The notes below the pieces were generated by a model that was not told the origin of the DNA, made no database searches, and was given only the letters and a program-made list of their open reading frames with translations. A DNA stretch of 64,000 nt from Bradymonadia bacterium (lineage in GTDB: Bacteria > Myxococcota_A > Bradymonadia > UBA7976 > UBA1532), in the NCBI GenBank assembly GCA_046290225.1, contig JBKAGE010000035.1:192001-256000 (forward strand), written 5' to 3'. This document shows, one piece after another, positions 10,487 through 21,700 of this stretch (position 1 is the first letter of the stretch; each line of letters begins with the position of its first letter). A program made the position numbers and the translations under genes.

Positions 10487-10757
10487 GATCACCCTGACGC
10501 TCAAGCGCGATCCGCAGACTGGCCGCCGCGAGCTGATCGTGCACTACGAGTCAGAAGACGACGCTTTGCCCCACGAGCACGAGCGTGATCACCGCGACGC
10601 TGTGGAGGCTCTGCTCGGTCGATCTCTCGACGCGCTGATCGAAGAGCTCGGCGGCGTCGACGGCGTCGAGCTGGAACGCATCAGAAAGCCCACCGCCGAA
10701 GAATCGGCTCAGGCCGAAGCCACCGCCGCCCAGGCCCGTGAGCGCCTCAAGCATTGA
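10479..10757 (+). CDS. Small 92-aa protein resembling the FtsH-ternary-system X3-like component
   Basis: ATG at 10479 after GGGAGAG overlaps the FtsH stop. MAEITLTLKRDPQTGRRELIVHYESEDDALPHEHERDHR resembles the small proteins I recall beside such FtsH genes. Confidence 0.65.
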   Translation: MAEITLTLKRDPQTGRRELIVHYESEDDALPHEHERDHRDAVEALLGRSLDALIEELGGVDGVELERIRKPTAEESAQAEATAAQARERLKH

Positions 10758-13700
10758 TCGTGACTGATCCGAGCCTCGATGATCTGCACCCCACCACCGA
10801 ATCCCCCTGGTGGGCTCTGCGCGTTTCGGCAGATGTGAGCGGTGAGGCAGAAGACCTCGCCGCCCTGTACACGCTGCTGTCGATCCACCCTCACCTGAGC
10901 GAGCGGCCATGGTGGGTCGGCACGCTGCCCTCGGGGCTGATGATCTTCACCCACTCCGCCCTCTCCGGGGTGGACGATCTGCACGACTACGGCCTGCCTC
11001 TGTCGAAGGTGCATGTGCTCGAGGGTGAGGCCCACATCTCCACCTCAGGCAAGGCGTCGATGACGATCCCCTGGGGGTCGATGCGCTGTGTGCGCGACCT
11101 GGTCACTGGTCTACGACCGCTGGCCATCCCTGGAGATCCAGTCGTCGCCGAGGCCTGCCTCGTGATGCCCGTCACAGGCCCGAGCGCTCAGATCACCCTC
11201 ACTCGCCTGCTCCGTCTTGGCAGAGCCGATGTACAGGTCTCCCAATGGCAGCCCACGGCTGATGCCTCCGGGCAAATTGCCTTCCGGCTCGTCGACCCGC
11301 CGCTGTATCTGATGATGCGGGCCCGTGACGAAGATGAGGGGATCACTGCCTATGTCCGCCACGAGCACTCGCCCCTCTGGGTCGAATGGGGGCACCGGCA
11401 CCCGTTGCCCGATCTCGCGGCGAGCCGTCTGGGGCAACACGGCCAAAGCGCGTGGGTCGACGCCGACGGCACCTGGCACCGGCGCCCTGCGGACTGGCCC
11501 GAGCGCTCGATCTACGCAGTGGTCGAGGCGGCCCTCCCTGCACACGAGGTGCCCCTGACGGCAGAGCCTCAGACCACAGATCATACGCGCTTCGTGGTGC
11601 AGCTGGGTCTCGAAGCGGCCCCAGTGGAAGAGCCGGAATCATGGCTGCTCACCCTCGACGAGGTCATGTCTCTCGAGAGCCTGGTGGAAGACAGCACGGG
11701 TGCCCTGCTCAACCGCATCACCTTGTCGCGGCTGCACGGCCCCGACGGCCCCGTCCATCTGCTCCGTGTCCGGGGAGGGCACACAGATCGACTGGGCACA
11801 CGGATCGCCGACATCCTCGGTCTACGAGGCTTCACCCCACTCCCGGGCACTGAGCAGATCCTGGTGCCCGTGGGCAAACGCCTCGCTCCCGCCATGCGCC
11901 TCGAAGAGCTGCGACCTCTTCTCGGACTTCAGGGTCGAACCCGCGTCATCGTGCAGGGACCATCAGAGTCGAGATCCTCATCCTCGGGATCACAGGCTGG
12001 TGGTCTGCAGCTCTTCCGGATCCCCGAAGTCGACGAGATCGCCCTCACGCACTTCGTCGATTATGTGGCCACGAGCCACCGCGTAGCCCTCGATGCGCTC
12101 TTCGAACGCAGCGTCTTCGCCTTCGAGTCCATCGAGGTCGATCGCCCGCCGAAGGCCGGCGCTTTGAGCCCACCACCGCCTCCGCCACCGCGTCTCACCG
12201 CCCCCCGCCGTCGACACCAGCTGCGCGCCACGACTCGGCAAAAGCCCGAGGCCGAGGTGGCACAGAAGATGGAGCAGGACTGGAGCGACATCAAAGTGCT
12301 CCAGTCCAGAGTGCGTGAGATCGAAGCCAGCCTCCTCGCCGGCGAAGGCAACACAGACCTCTGGCGAGAGATGGCCCATCTCAAAGGCCGGCTCGACGAG
12401 CCCGACGATGCCGCGGCGTGTATGGAGATCGCCCTGTTCCATGCCGGTGTGCACTGCTTCGCGCCCGGCAGCGACGAGATCGAGGCGTGGGCCGAGCCGC
12501 TCCGAGATCTCGTGGGCTGGCGGTTGAAGAAGCTACAGCTCGACAACACCACCGAGACCCTCGTCGATCTGGCCACCCTCGATCTGCCCCAGGGGCCCGA
12601 GGCCGCCTTCCTCGGCGCGCGCCTGCTCTCAGGCTTTCTCACCCGAGAGACGCTGTTCGATGGTCTCGACCAGCGAGCACAAATCATCTTCAGCGAAGCT
12701 GGCCTGACCGCCTCTCGACGTCTGCAGTGGCTGGTCCTCGCCGCACTGCACTTCGCCCACGACGACGCATTGGGCCTCACCCGGGCCAAAGAGGCCCTGC
12801 TCGGCGCCCTGAACACGCAGGGGCTGCGAGAAGGCGCCGACATTCCCCGGTTCATTCGCTACGCCCTCGCCCTCGAGGGGGGTGATCAGGCCATCGAGAC
12901 CTCGGCGGCCATGAGCACCCAGGCCCATGCTCTACACGGGGCGTGGGCTCTCATGGCGCCGCAGCTCGAAGAGCTCGATGTGCACTCGGCCTTCGCTCGG
13001 GCCGTCTTCTCCGTAGGCTTCGCCCGCCTCGGCCTCACCTCAGACGCTCGCCGCCTCGCCGCCGCGGTGGAGGAAGAACTGCCGGTGCACGATCGGGCCA
13101 CAGGCACGCTGTTGCGGCTATATCTCGCCCGAAGCGCCGCCGTGGGCCTCGAAAACACGAGTGATCCCGAGCAGCTCGCCGAAGCCCGGGCCCTGTGGAA
13201 GAGCGAGGTGTCCGACCTGACCGCCGGGCTCAACACCACCGAGTCCCGGGCGCTCCACGTGGTGCGGAGGTGGTCTCGATGGCTCGCCCTCGATGCCCCT
13301 GAAGAAGACGTCGCTCGGACCTACCTGGGCGCCGACGCCCTGCGCATCCTCGATCACGCTCAGCAGCAGCCCAAACAGGTCGCCGAGGTCATGGGGCGAC
13401 TGCTCGGCGGCAACCGGCTCTCGTCATTGTCGGGTGCCCAGGAAGCCGTGGAGCGGTGCATCAACCTCGCATTGAGCACCGGGCAAGAGCAGGTCATCGA
13501 CGACACAGTGCAGGTGGTGATCCGCCACCTCAATCAGCACTTCGGCACGCCCAGAGCGCGCATGGCTGTGCAAGGGCGCCTCATCGCCGCAGCCGCAGTC
13601 ATCGACGAGGGCGCTCGGGTGGGCCCGCTCATCGAAGACGTACTCACCCAGATGCCCCACATCACCGCCGTCGGCGATTTGCTGCTCGCCGTGGGCCCGG

Positions 13701-14203
13701 CCCTTGAGGCTCTGCGGCGGGTGGGCGTCACCGACCAGGTAGAGCAGTTCCTCGCAGGCCTCAGAGAGGTCGCCGATCGAGGCCACCGGCTCAGCGCCCA
13801 GGTGGCAGGCATCGCCGCCGAGGGATATTGGATGATCCAGGAAGCCGACGTGGCCCGGGAGATCCTCGAGCAGACCCTCGAAGCCATCAGCACCGAGCGG
13901 CGAGATCACGTGGCCCGATTCGAAGCAGGCTCGGCCTTCACCGACGCAGTCCGCCCATGGCCCTCCACAGAGAGGGCCTTGTGGCTCACGCGGCTGCTCT
14001 CGAACCTCGACGTGTTCCGAGACAGCTTTACGTCGAGCAGATACTTCGAGGCTCTGAAGATCTTGATGCTCGAGCGCATCGTGGACACCACCACCGACAC
14101 CGTATCCTTCGCCAGCGGCCGTGTGCGCAGCTGGCTCGAACAAGAAGAGCAGATCATCCGTCGACGCATCATCGCCGACTGGCGCTTACTCTCAGAAGGT
14201 TGA
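10754..14203 (+). CDS. Large alpha-helical protein, probable FtsH-ternary-system component (X7-like N-terminal region)
   Basis: 1149-aa ORF overlapping the previous stop by 4 nt. Has PPLYLMMR...LWVEWGHRHP, a Pro-rich linker and a TPR/HEAT-like C-terminal half. Family assignment is from memory. Confidence 0.6.
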   Translation: MIVTDPSLDDLHPTTESPWWALRVSADVSGEAEDLAALYTLLSIHPHLSERPWWVGTLPSGLMIFTHSALSGVDDLHDYGLPLSKVHVLEGEAHISTSGKASMTIPWGSMRCVRDLVTGLRPLAIPGDPVVAEACLVMPVTGPSAQITLTRLLRLGRADVQVSQWQPTADASGQIAFRLVDPPLYLMMRARDEDEGITAYVRHEHSPLWVEWGHRHPLPDLAASRLGQHGQSAWVDADGTWHRRPADWPERSIYAVVEAALPAHEVPLTAEPQTTDHTRFVVQLGLEAAPVEEPESWLLTLDEVMSLESLVEDSTGALLNRITLSRLHGPDGPVHLLRVRGGHTDRLGTRIADILGLRGFTPLPGTEQILVPVGKRLAPAMRLEELRPLLGLQGRTRVIVQGPSESRSSSSGSQAGGLQLFRIPEVDEIALTHFVDYVATSHRVALDALFERSVFAFESIEVDRPPKAGALSPPPPPPPRLTAPRRRHQLRATTRQKPEAEVAQKMEQDWSDIKVLQSRVREIEASLLAGEGNTDLWREMAHLKGRLDEPDDAAACMEIALFHAGVHCFAPGSDEIEAWAEPLRDLVGWRLKKLQLDNTTETLVDLATLDLPQGPEAAFLGARLLSGFLTRETLFDGLDQRAQIIFSEAGLTASRRLQWLVLAALHFAHDDALGLTRAKEALLGALNTQGLREGADIPRFIRYALALEGGDQAIETSAAMSTQAHALHGAWALMAPQLEELDVHSAFARAVFSVGFARLGLTSDARRLAAAVEEELPVHDRATGTLLRLYLARSAAVGLENTSDPEQLAEARALWKSEVSDLTAGLNTTESRALHVVRRWSRWLALDAPEEDVARTYLGADALRILDHAQQQPKQVAEVMGRLLGGNRLSSLSGAQEAVERCINLALSTGQEQVIDDTVQVVIRHLNQHFGTPRARMAVQGRLIAAAAVIDEGARVGPLIEDVLTQMPHITAVGDLLLAVGPALEALRRVGVTDQVEQFLAGLREVADRGHRLSAQVAGIAAEGYWMIQEADVAREILEQTLEAISTERRDHVARFEAGSAFTDAVRPWPSTERALWLTRLLSNLDVFRDSFTSSRYFEALKILMLERIVDTTTDTVSFASGRVRSWLEQEEQIIRRRIIADWRLLSEG

Positions 14204-14208
14204 ACACA

Positions 14209-14628
14209 ATGACGATCACCCGCATCAGCATCGCCCTGGCCCTCGGGGCCCTGCTCACCGCCTGCGGTGGCGGCGAGACAAAGGATCCCGAGACCGCCAC
14301 TGAAGGCTCGCCCCAAACCGCTCCAGCGTCGCAACCCGCAGCGTCACAACCCGCCTCTCAGCCCACGCCATTGCCAGGCACCGGCATCAAGGCGCCCGTA
14401 AACCCCGGCGGCTTCGCCGCAGGCACACCGTGCAAGACAGCCTCCGAGTGCGAGAGCGGGATCTGTGAGGGTGAGGGCTGCGATGGCAAGGGTCCCGTGT
14501 GCGCCGCGAGCGGCCGCATGTGCACCAAAGATCTGCGCCCTTACTGTGGCTGCGACAGCAAGACCTTCAGAACCAGCGGGAGCTGCCCCGGCCGTCCCTA
14601 CGCCCACCGCGGCGAGTGCAAGGAGTAG
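14209..14628 (+). CDS. Cys-rich lipoprotein with Kazal-like C-terminal motif
   Basis: Lipobox LLTAC, (PASQ) repeat linker, CTKDLRPYCGCDSKTF...HRGEC. ATG at 14209. Confidence 0.75.
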   Translation: MTITRISIALALGALLTACGGGETKDPETATEGSPQTAPASQPAASQPASQPTPLPGTGIKAPVNPGGFAAGTPCKTASECESGICEGEGCDGKGPVCAASGRMCTKDLRPYCGCDSKTFRTSGSCPGRPYAHRGECKE

Positions 14629-14631
14629 ACA

Positions 14632-15471
14632 ATGCCTGAGTTTGCCGAGGTCAACATTCACGTCAGGTGGCTGCAGAGCCGCCTCGACGGCTTTACCATC
14701 AACCGCTTCGAGTCATCGGGGTGGAACAACTTCAAAGAGCTGCCCGACAGCGATCGCGCCACCGTGCCCGCCGACTTCTTCGAGGGCAACACCATCAAGT
14801 CGGTGACCCAGCGGGGCAAGCAGATCATCTTCCACACCACCAACGGGATCGTGCTCAGCCACCTGATGTTCAAGGGGCGGTGGAGCCTGGCGGACGATCC
14901 GTTCACCAGTCACTACCACCACCACAGCAGCCGGCCCACCAGCAACAGCCGCACGGTGATCTTGCATGGCCCCAGCGGCACGCTGGGGTTCCACACCCCA
15001 GAGTACAAAGCCCACCTCAACATCTTCCCCGGCGAGCACGACGCCAGCGCCATCAACAACTTGAGCAAGTTGGGCCCTGACGTCATCACCACCGACGAGA
15101 GCGACGATGGTTTCGCTGATCCGTGGAGTCTGGAGTACTTCCAGAACAAGGCTGGCCGCAGCAAACAGGCCATCAAGCCCTTCCTGCTCGACCAGAAGAA
15201 GCAGGCTGGCCTCGGCAACATGTACGTCTGCGAGTCGCTCTATGATGCTGGTATCGACCCCAGCCGACCGGCGAACTCGCTGAGCACCGACGAGGTCAAT
15301 CGTCTCCACGAGGCCGCCCAGGCGATCGTACAGAAGGCCATCGATCTCGAGCTGGATTACGACGAGATTTTGAGGGTCTACAAACGCAGCTCTGATCCCG
15401 ACGGCCACACCGTGCGCAAGACCACCATCGGTGGACGAGACACCTACTGGGTCCCCGACGTTCAGTCCTGA
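14632..15471 (+). CDS. mutM: Fpg/Nei-family DNA glycosylase/AP lyase (zincless finger variant)
   Basis: N-terminal MPE catalytic motif, QRGKQ, H2TH LLDQ..AGLGNMY. C-terminal GGRDTYWVP has no Cys4 zinc finger. Confidence 0.8.
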   Translation: MPEFAEVNIHVRWLQSRLDGFTINRFESSGWNNFKELPDSDRATVPADFFEGNTIKSVTQRGKQIIFHTTNGIVLSHLMFKGRWSLADDPFTSHYHHHSSRPTSNSRTVILHGPSGTLGFHTPEYKAHLNIFPGEHDASAINNLSKLGPDVITTDESDDGFADPWSLEYFQNKAGRSKQAIKPFLLDQKKQAGLGNMYVCESLYDAGIDPSRPANSLSTDEVNRLHEAAQAIVQKAIDLELDYDEILRVYKRSSDPDGHTVRKTTIGGRDTYWVPDVQS

Positions 15472-17063
15472 GCGACGTACAGCAGATTCACCGCTGAGTT
15501 CAGTGCCTGCCACAGCACCTCGTCCTCACCATCGAGGGCACACAACGCCAGGGTGAGGCGCTCCACCTCGGCAGCCGCCTCAGGGTACATACGGGGATCA
15601 GGCACTGGCAGCGCCCTCAGCTGTGGTGGGCCCACTCGCAGGTGACCCCCCCTCAACGCCAGGGTGCCATATCGCCAGCGATACCAGGCCGAGGCTGCAT
15701 CGCTGTTGATCACACCAGCAAGGTAGGCCACCGACACCCCATCCACAGGCATCACCACCACCGTGGATTTCGCAGCCAGATATTCGCCCTCGAGATCAGC
15801 CACCGCCTCCAAGCGGCGACTCAGACCAGCCACCACCACCTTCTTTTGTCGACTCTGCTGCAGCCGTGTTGGCGGCAGATCGTCGAGTTGAGGGCGTGCA
15901 ACCACGGGAGATTGAAGACGACGGCCTAAATATCGTAATTTTTTTTTGCCCCACAAAACACACAGCGGATCGATGGTTCCAGTGTTGATCACACGTATGG
16001 AGCATGTATCACCATGACACACCTCGGTCAGAAGAGGTGCCATGGTGTAGGCCTCTGACACAGTTGCACCGCCATGTACCTCTGCAAGTGTCGACAAGTC
16101 AGGATGCGCGTGGGTCAGAGCCCAATCAGGGCCAGAATCCAACAACGGCCATGGGTCAGATGATGATGTGGGTGAGCCAGCTCTCACGGCCCCAGCTCCG
16201 CTGATCTGCACGGGCTGAGGCGAGCGGTTCGTGTCGACTGTCAGCGCATAACCCATTGGATATACACGAGCATCGAAGCCATCTGAGTCGCGGAGATCGA
16301 TGATCTCGGTCAACCCTCCATGGGCGACGAGGCAGCTTCTCGCACCGCGGGCATACTCCGCAGCACACAAGGCGCTGGGCACGATGAATCCATGACGACC
16401 CCCTGCACGTGTCAGCTGGAGCGCCCGCTCGATGAACACACAGTACAAATCCCAGGCCCCAGTGGCCGTCTGATACCCCTGCAAACACAAGCGCCTGATA
16501 TCAGGCGCTTTTTTCATGAGAGTTGCGGCATCGACATATGGCGGATTGCCCAATACTGCGTCAAAACCCGGCCTGGGTCTCGAAAACATTTCTCCGAAGG
16601 CTGACTCAAGGGTCAGCGGATTTTTGTCGACTCCAGAGTATGTTTCAGCCTGAAACAGGCTATTCAGGCAACGAATCTGACTGCGGTGAATTGGGTAGCC
16701 CGCAGCGTGTAAACGGGCAAAGGCAAGATTGACGGCTCGCTCATCTACATCTACACCGGCAATGCACTGGCTGACTCGATGCTTGAGCATTGAAAGTGAA
16801 CTGTCAGCAACACGCGCCGTTCGATCAGGAGGAGTGAGAAGGGTGTGTGTCAGGTAGTCAGCGACGCCCAACAGAAACGATCCATCACCACATGCTGGAT
16901 CGAGGATGCGCAGATTGAGGATGGATTTGGGGTCTTTTTCGGTGGTGAGTGGGTCAAGAATGACCCTGATCAGTACACCCGCCATCTCGGCGTTGGTGTA
17001 ATGCACCCCGAGCGATGGCTCATTTTTGGCTGTTAGCGATGTGATGTGGTCAGTCATCCCCAT
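15462..17063 (-). CDS. N6-adenine DNA methyltransferase (gamma-type, TaqI/Eco57I-like) with C-terminal TRD; no adjacent endonuclease
   Basis: Motif I ILDPACGDGSFL, motif IV GNPPY, DLYCVFIER. Start uncertain (17096/17063/17057). Confidence 0.8.
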   Translation of the reverse strand: MGMTDHITSLTAKNEPSLGVHYTNAEMAGVLIRVILDPLTTEKDPKSILNLRILDPACGDGSFLLGVADYLTHTLLTPPDRTARVADSSLSMLKHRVSQCIAGVDVDERAVNLAFARLHAAGYPIHRSQIRCLNSLFQAETYSGVDKNPLTLESAFGEMFSRPRPGFDAVLGNPPYVDAATLMKKAPDIRRLCLQGYQTATGAWDLYCVFIERALQLTRAGGRHGFIVPSALCAAEYARGARSCLVAHGGLTEIIDLRDSDGFDARVYPMGYALTVDTNRSPQPVQISGAGAVRAGSPTSSSDPWPLLDSGPDWALTHAHPDLSTLAEVHGGATVSEAYTMAPLLTEVCHGDTCSIRVINTGTIDPLCVLWGKKKLRYLGRRLQSPVVARPQLDDLPPTRLQQSRQKKVVVAGLSRRLEAVADLEGEYLAAKSTVVVMPVDGVSVAYLAGVINSDAASAWYRWRYGTLALRGGHLRVGPPQLRALPVPDPRMYPEAAAEVERLTLALCALDGEDEVLWQALNSAVNLLYVAQD

Positions 17064-17246
17064 CCAATAATGAACCGAAACAGAACAGTGAGCCACATTG
17101 GAACACCACTTCCTTACATTTGTGGCCCATTTTGCATGGCATGGATAATGCTACCTTATCCTACATATCCCCACCCAGCTCCAGCACTGAGGACATTCCT
17201 CTGCTGGCTACGGAGGTGTTTCAGCTGCTCAGGAGGTATGTAGACA

Positions 17247-18671
17247 ATGCTCACGTCTTCAGGTGAATCAATGGGAACGCTCAAGCCCACGGCGCTCCTC
17301 GTCGATGATGACACATTTTTGTGTGAACTGATCAGCCGCTGGCTGGCCCGCGCTGGTTATGCCGTCGAGGTCCACCACGATGGCTCTTCGATGCTCAACG
17401 CCTTGGGTTGGACCCTGCCGGACGTCATCTGCCTCGACCTGGGCCTGCCAGACGCAGACGGTCTCGAGCTCCTCGAGCGATTACGAAGACAGAATCCGAC
17501 ATTGCCCATCATCATCCTCACCGCTGACGACACGGTGGATTCGGTGGTGCGGGCAATGCAGTCGGGTGCATACGACTATCTGCCCAAGCCGGTGGACGAG
17601 ACCAAGCTGCTCACCGCGGTGCGCAACGCTGTCGATCACCACAAGCTGGCCACGCGCCTCGCTGATCTCGAGGCCCAGGATCGCACCACCTATCGTGGGA
17701 TCCATGGCGCCTCGGCGATCATGCGCTCGCTGTTCAAGACCATCGAGCGGGTGGCGGCGCGTGACGTGTCGATCCTGATCCATGGAGAGAGCGGCTCGGG
17801 GAAGGAGCTGGTGGCCCGAGCACTCCACGAGGCGAGTGGTCGCCGGGATGGGCCTTTCGTGGCGGTGAACTGCGCCGCATTCCCCCCGAGCCTCATCGAG
17901 GCTGAGCTGTTTGGTCACGAGAAGGGTGCCTTCACTGGGGCCACCCACCGTCGTGCGGGCTGCTTCGAACGGGCCGACGGCGGTACGATCTTCCTCGACG
18001 AGGTGGCCGAGCTCGACCTCTCGGTGCAGGCCAAGCTGCTGCGCGTGTTGCAGGAGCGTGCCTTCTGCCGCGTGGGCGGGGTGAAGGAGATCCGCAGCGA
18101 CTTCCGACTGCTCACGGCCACCCACAAGCACCTCAGCCAGGCTGTGGTCGCCGGGGAGTTCCGCGAAGACCTCTTCTATCGAGTGGCGGTCTTCGAGATG
18201 CAGGTGCCGAGCCTGAAAGATCGCGTCGAAGATGTGGCTTTGCTGGCCCACCACTTCCTCGAGCAGTTCAGCCTGCATGATCAAACAGAGCCCCTCCGGC
18301 TCTCAGCCGAAGCTCTGGAGGCGCTCAAGCGTTACCCCTGGCCAGGGAACGTGCGCGAGTTGCAAAACGCGATTCAACACGCGGCGGTGATGTCTTCGGG
18401 GGGTACGATCACCCTCAAAGATCTCCCCCATCGCGTGCGGGGGCTCTCCTCGGGGCTGGGTACGGTCATCACGCCCTCCCCCCTGCCAGCGGAGCCCAGT
18501 CACACGCCATTGCCAGCGACCACGCTCGAAGAGATCGAGCGTCAGGCCATCATCGAGGCTCTGGATCGGCACCGGGGCAACGTCTCTGCAGCCCAACGCC
18601 AGCTGGGGATCGGCCGTACGACGCTCTATCGTAAGATGAAGAAGTTCAACATCGAACTTGATCGCGGCTGA
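17247..18671 (+). CDS. Sigma-54-dependent response regulator (REC-AAA-HTH)
   Basis: Receiver LLVDDD/LDLGLPD, GESGSGKE, GAFTGA, Fis-type HTH. Confidence 0.93.
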   Translation: MLTSSGESMGTLKPTALLVDDDTFLCELISRWLARAGYAVEVHHDGSSMLNALGWTLPDVICLDLGLPDADGLELLERLRRQNPTLPIIILTADDTVDSVVRAMQSGAYDYLPKPVDETKLLTAVRNAVDHHKLATRLADLEAQDRTTYRGIHGASAIMRSLFKTIERVAARDVSILIHGESGSGKELVARALHEASGRRDGPFVAVNCAAFPPSLIEAELFGHEKGAFTGATHRRAGCFERADGGTIFLDEVAELDLSVQAKLLRVLQERAFCRVGGVKEIRSDFRLLTATHKHLSQAVVAGEFREDLFYRVAVFEMQVPSLKDRVEDVALLAHHFLEQFSLHDQTEPLRLSAEALEALKRYPWPGNVRELQNAIQHAAVMSSGGTITLKDLPHRVRGLSSGLGTVITPSPLPAEPSHTPLPATTLEEIERQAIIEALDRHRGNVSAAQRQLGIGRTTLYRKMKKFNIELDRG

Positions 18672-18721
18672 CACTCGGTCTTCAGTGGTCGAGCTCATCG
18701 ACACACTGGGAATTTGACGGC

Positions 18722-21700
18722 GTGCAGGTCTCCATCTCATGTGCTTCTCCGGCAGACGCCACCCGACCCGTCGCCGAAGGGTTGTGGACACACCTGGAGT
18801 CCTACCTCGGCGGTGCACCTGATCTGCTCTTCCTCGGCGTCCCACCAGGCCACGATCTCAAGGCCCTGGCCCACGACCTGAACCAACACGCACCCTGGGC
18901 ACGGCTGATGGGGGTTACGTTCCCCCAACAGCCCGCCGGCCACCCGATCACCCTGATGGGCATTCGCGATCCTGGCGGGGCCTTCGGACTCGCCGGAGGC
19001 CCCACTGGCGCTGATGTGAGAGGCACCACCCGGGCGCTCACGGATCAAGCCCTCGCCGATGCACGCCGCGTCGGAGAGCAGCCTCACCTCGTCTGGGTCT
19101 GGTCTCTCCCTGCCCATCAAGAGGAGGCGCTGAAGGGGGTGCGCGATCTGGTCGGCCCCGGGGTACCTGTGGTCTGCTCCCCCATTGATCCAGGCCCTGA
19201 GGGCCGTTTGATGATGGGTCAGCGCCTCTGGGCCGAAGGCATCGTGGTCTCCACCTGGTTCTGGACCCGGCTCCCACGACAAATCGGCGCTCTGGTGCCC
19301 CCGCCAGAGCCCCTGATGCCCGTCCTGCAAGCGCTGGGCGCTCAGCGACAGGCAGAGGTCGCACAGGGAGACGTGGCAGTGCTCGAGGCTGCTGCTCACC
19401 TGGTGGGCACGCCCCTGGGCTCACAGCTGGACCAGTGCCTGCTCGACCAATGTGCCCGGCTGACGGGTGCCGACGGCTGTGCCCTCCTGATCTCTGATGC
19501 TCAAGGGCGCCTGTTCACGAAGGCCTCCACCCACCCGAGCTTGAACGATCGCTTGTGGTCACCTGGGGATCTCTTTACGCGGGTGCTCAATGGCGAGGCC
19601 GTGTCCCTCTTCGACATCCGCCGTGTAGACGAGTGGCGTGGCGGCTCGATCACACCCGGCGTGCGCAGTGCCCTGCATGCCCCTCTCCGGCCCGTCCAGG
19701 CAGGCGAAGCTTCGCCGGGTATGGTGGTCTGCGTGCACACAACGCGCGGCATCTTCACCCCTCAGCTCCGCAACCAGCTCGCACACCTGGTGAAGCTGTA
19801 TCCAGCCTCTGCTGAGACACCTGCCTCAGATGGCTGCTGTGCGCTGGCACAAGGGGCACCTGCTCTCCTCTGGGCGGTCGATGCCGAGCTGCGGTTGGTG
19901 GAATTCAATGTGGCTTTTGCCCAGGAAGCGAGAGCGCTGCTGGACATCGAACCTGTGGTGGGCGCCACGCTCAATGACGAGCTCAGCGCGCTCTATGCCC
20001 AGCTCGACACAACGCGTCCATTGCGCACCATGCAGACCCGCACGGTGAATGGTCAGATCCGCCACCTCGAGCTCACACTTCAGGGCATGGCAGATGACCT
20101 AGTGGTGGGCTGTGCATATGACATCACCGAGCGCACCCAAGCCGTTGACGTCCTCAAAGACGCCCGCGATCGCGCCCAGCAAGCGAGCGCATCGAAGAGC
20201 GATTACCTCGCGGTGATGACCCACGAGATCCGGACACCGCTCAACGCGATGCTCGGCATGGTCGATCTCACGATGGCGACGCCGCTGTCGAAGGAGCAAC
20301 GCGAGTACATCGACAGCATGAAGTCGAACGCCGAGGTGCTCTCGAGTCTGATCAACGACATCCTCGACATCTCGAAGATCGAAGCAGGTCAAATGCAGCT
20401 CGCCCATGCGGATCTCGATCCGGGAGAGCTGGTGGAGCTGGTGGTGCAATCCCTCGCGGAGCGCGCTGAAGACAAGCGGCTACTTCTACGTTGTGAGATC
20501 GACCCTCGGCTCCCCTTCAAGGTCACAGGTGATCCTCAGCGCTTCCGGCAAATCGTGCTCAACTTGGTGAGCAACGCCATCAAGTACACCGATCATGGTG
20601 AGGTGAAGGTGTCTTTGGCGCTCGCTGAAGGCCGACACGACATGGTGAACTTGCGCCTGACAGTCTCGGACACGGGGCAGGGCATCGCCGAGGCAGAGCA
20701 AAAACGCATCTTCGAGCGCTTCTACCAGGGTACGGCGGGGCACCAGAGGAGCGGTGGCACCGGCCTGGGGCTCACCATCACACATACGCTGGTCAACCTC
20801 ATGGGCGGCCACATCACTCTGGACAGCGCCCCAGGCCAGGGGGCGCGCTTCACGGTCGACCTGAGAGTCCCGGTGCACACCTGGCGCAATGACGAGCTGG
20901 CTCATCTGAAGGCACAGCTCGAAGGCGTGCGGGTGTTGCTCGTCGAACGCGATGCCATCATCACGCCCCTCTTCGAAGCCCACCTGCCCAAGACGGCTTT
21001 CTCTGCCGCTACAGATCTGACCTCTGCCCGCTCGATGCTCGAGAGCCAGCGCTGGGATGCGTTGATTCTGGACACGACCTTCCCTGCTGTGGCTCAGGTG
21101 GCCGCCCAGAGTCGGGATCTCTGGCCCGATCGCCCCACATTGCTGATGACCCCCATCAACACACCGAGCGCATCTTGGGCCACGGATCTACCGCGGCTCC
21201 CCCGACCTCTTCAGCGCAAACGCCTCATCGAGGTGCTGAGTCAGACCCTCTCGGGCAAAGGAGCGCACACCGGCAGAGCCATGCCCCTGCCCCGTGCGGT
21301 CCGCCGTGTGCTGTTGGTGGAAGACAACCCCGACAGTCAGGTGGTGGTGAGCCGGATCTTGTCCCGTGCAGGTCACATGGTGGAAGTAGCCGACACAGCA
21401 CAACGCGCCATCAAGAGCGCTCTGACCAACACCTTCGATCTGATCTTGATGGATGTGCACCTGCCGGGCATGGACGGCATCGAAGCCACCCGCATCATCA
21501 AAGAGCGATCCATGGCGATGGGTCGACCCGACGTGCCCATCGTGGCCCTCACCGCCCACGCTACGGCACAGTTTCGGCAAGCCTGCCTCGAAGCGGGGAT
21601 GGACTCTTTCACCGTCAAACCCATCAAGCGTCAGGCGCTGCTCGCCCTCGTGGAGCAGGCGCGCTGGCCTCGAGAGGCCATGGTGCTGACGACGACCCCC

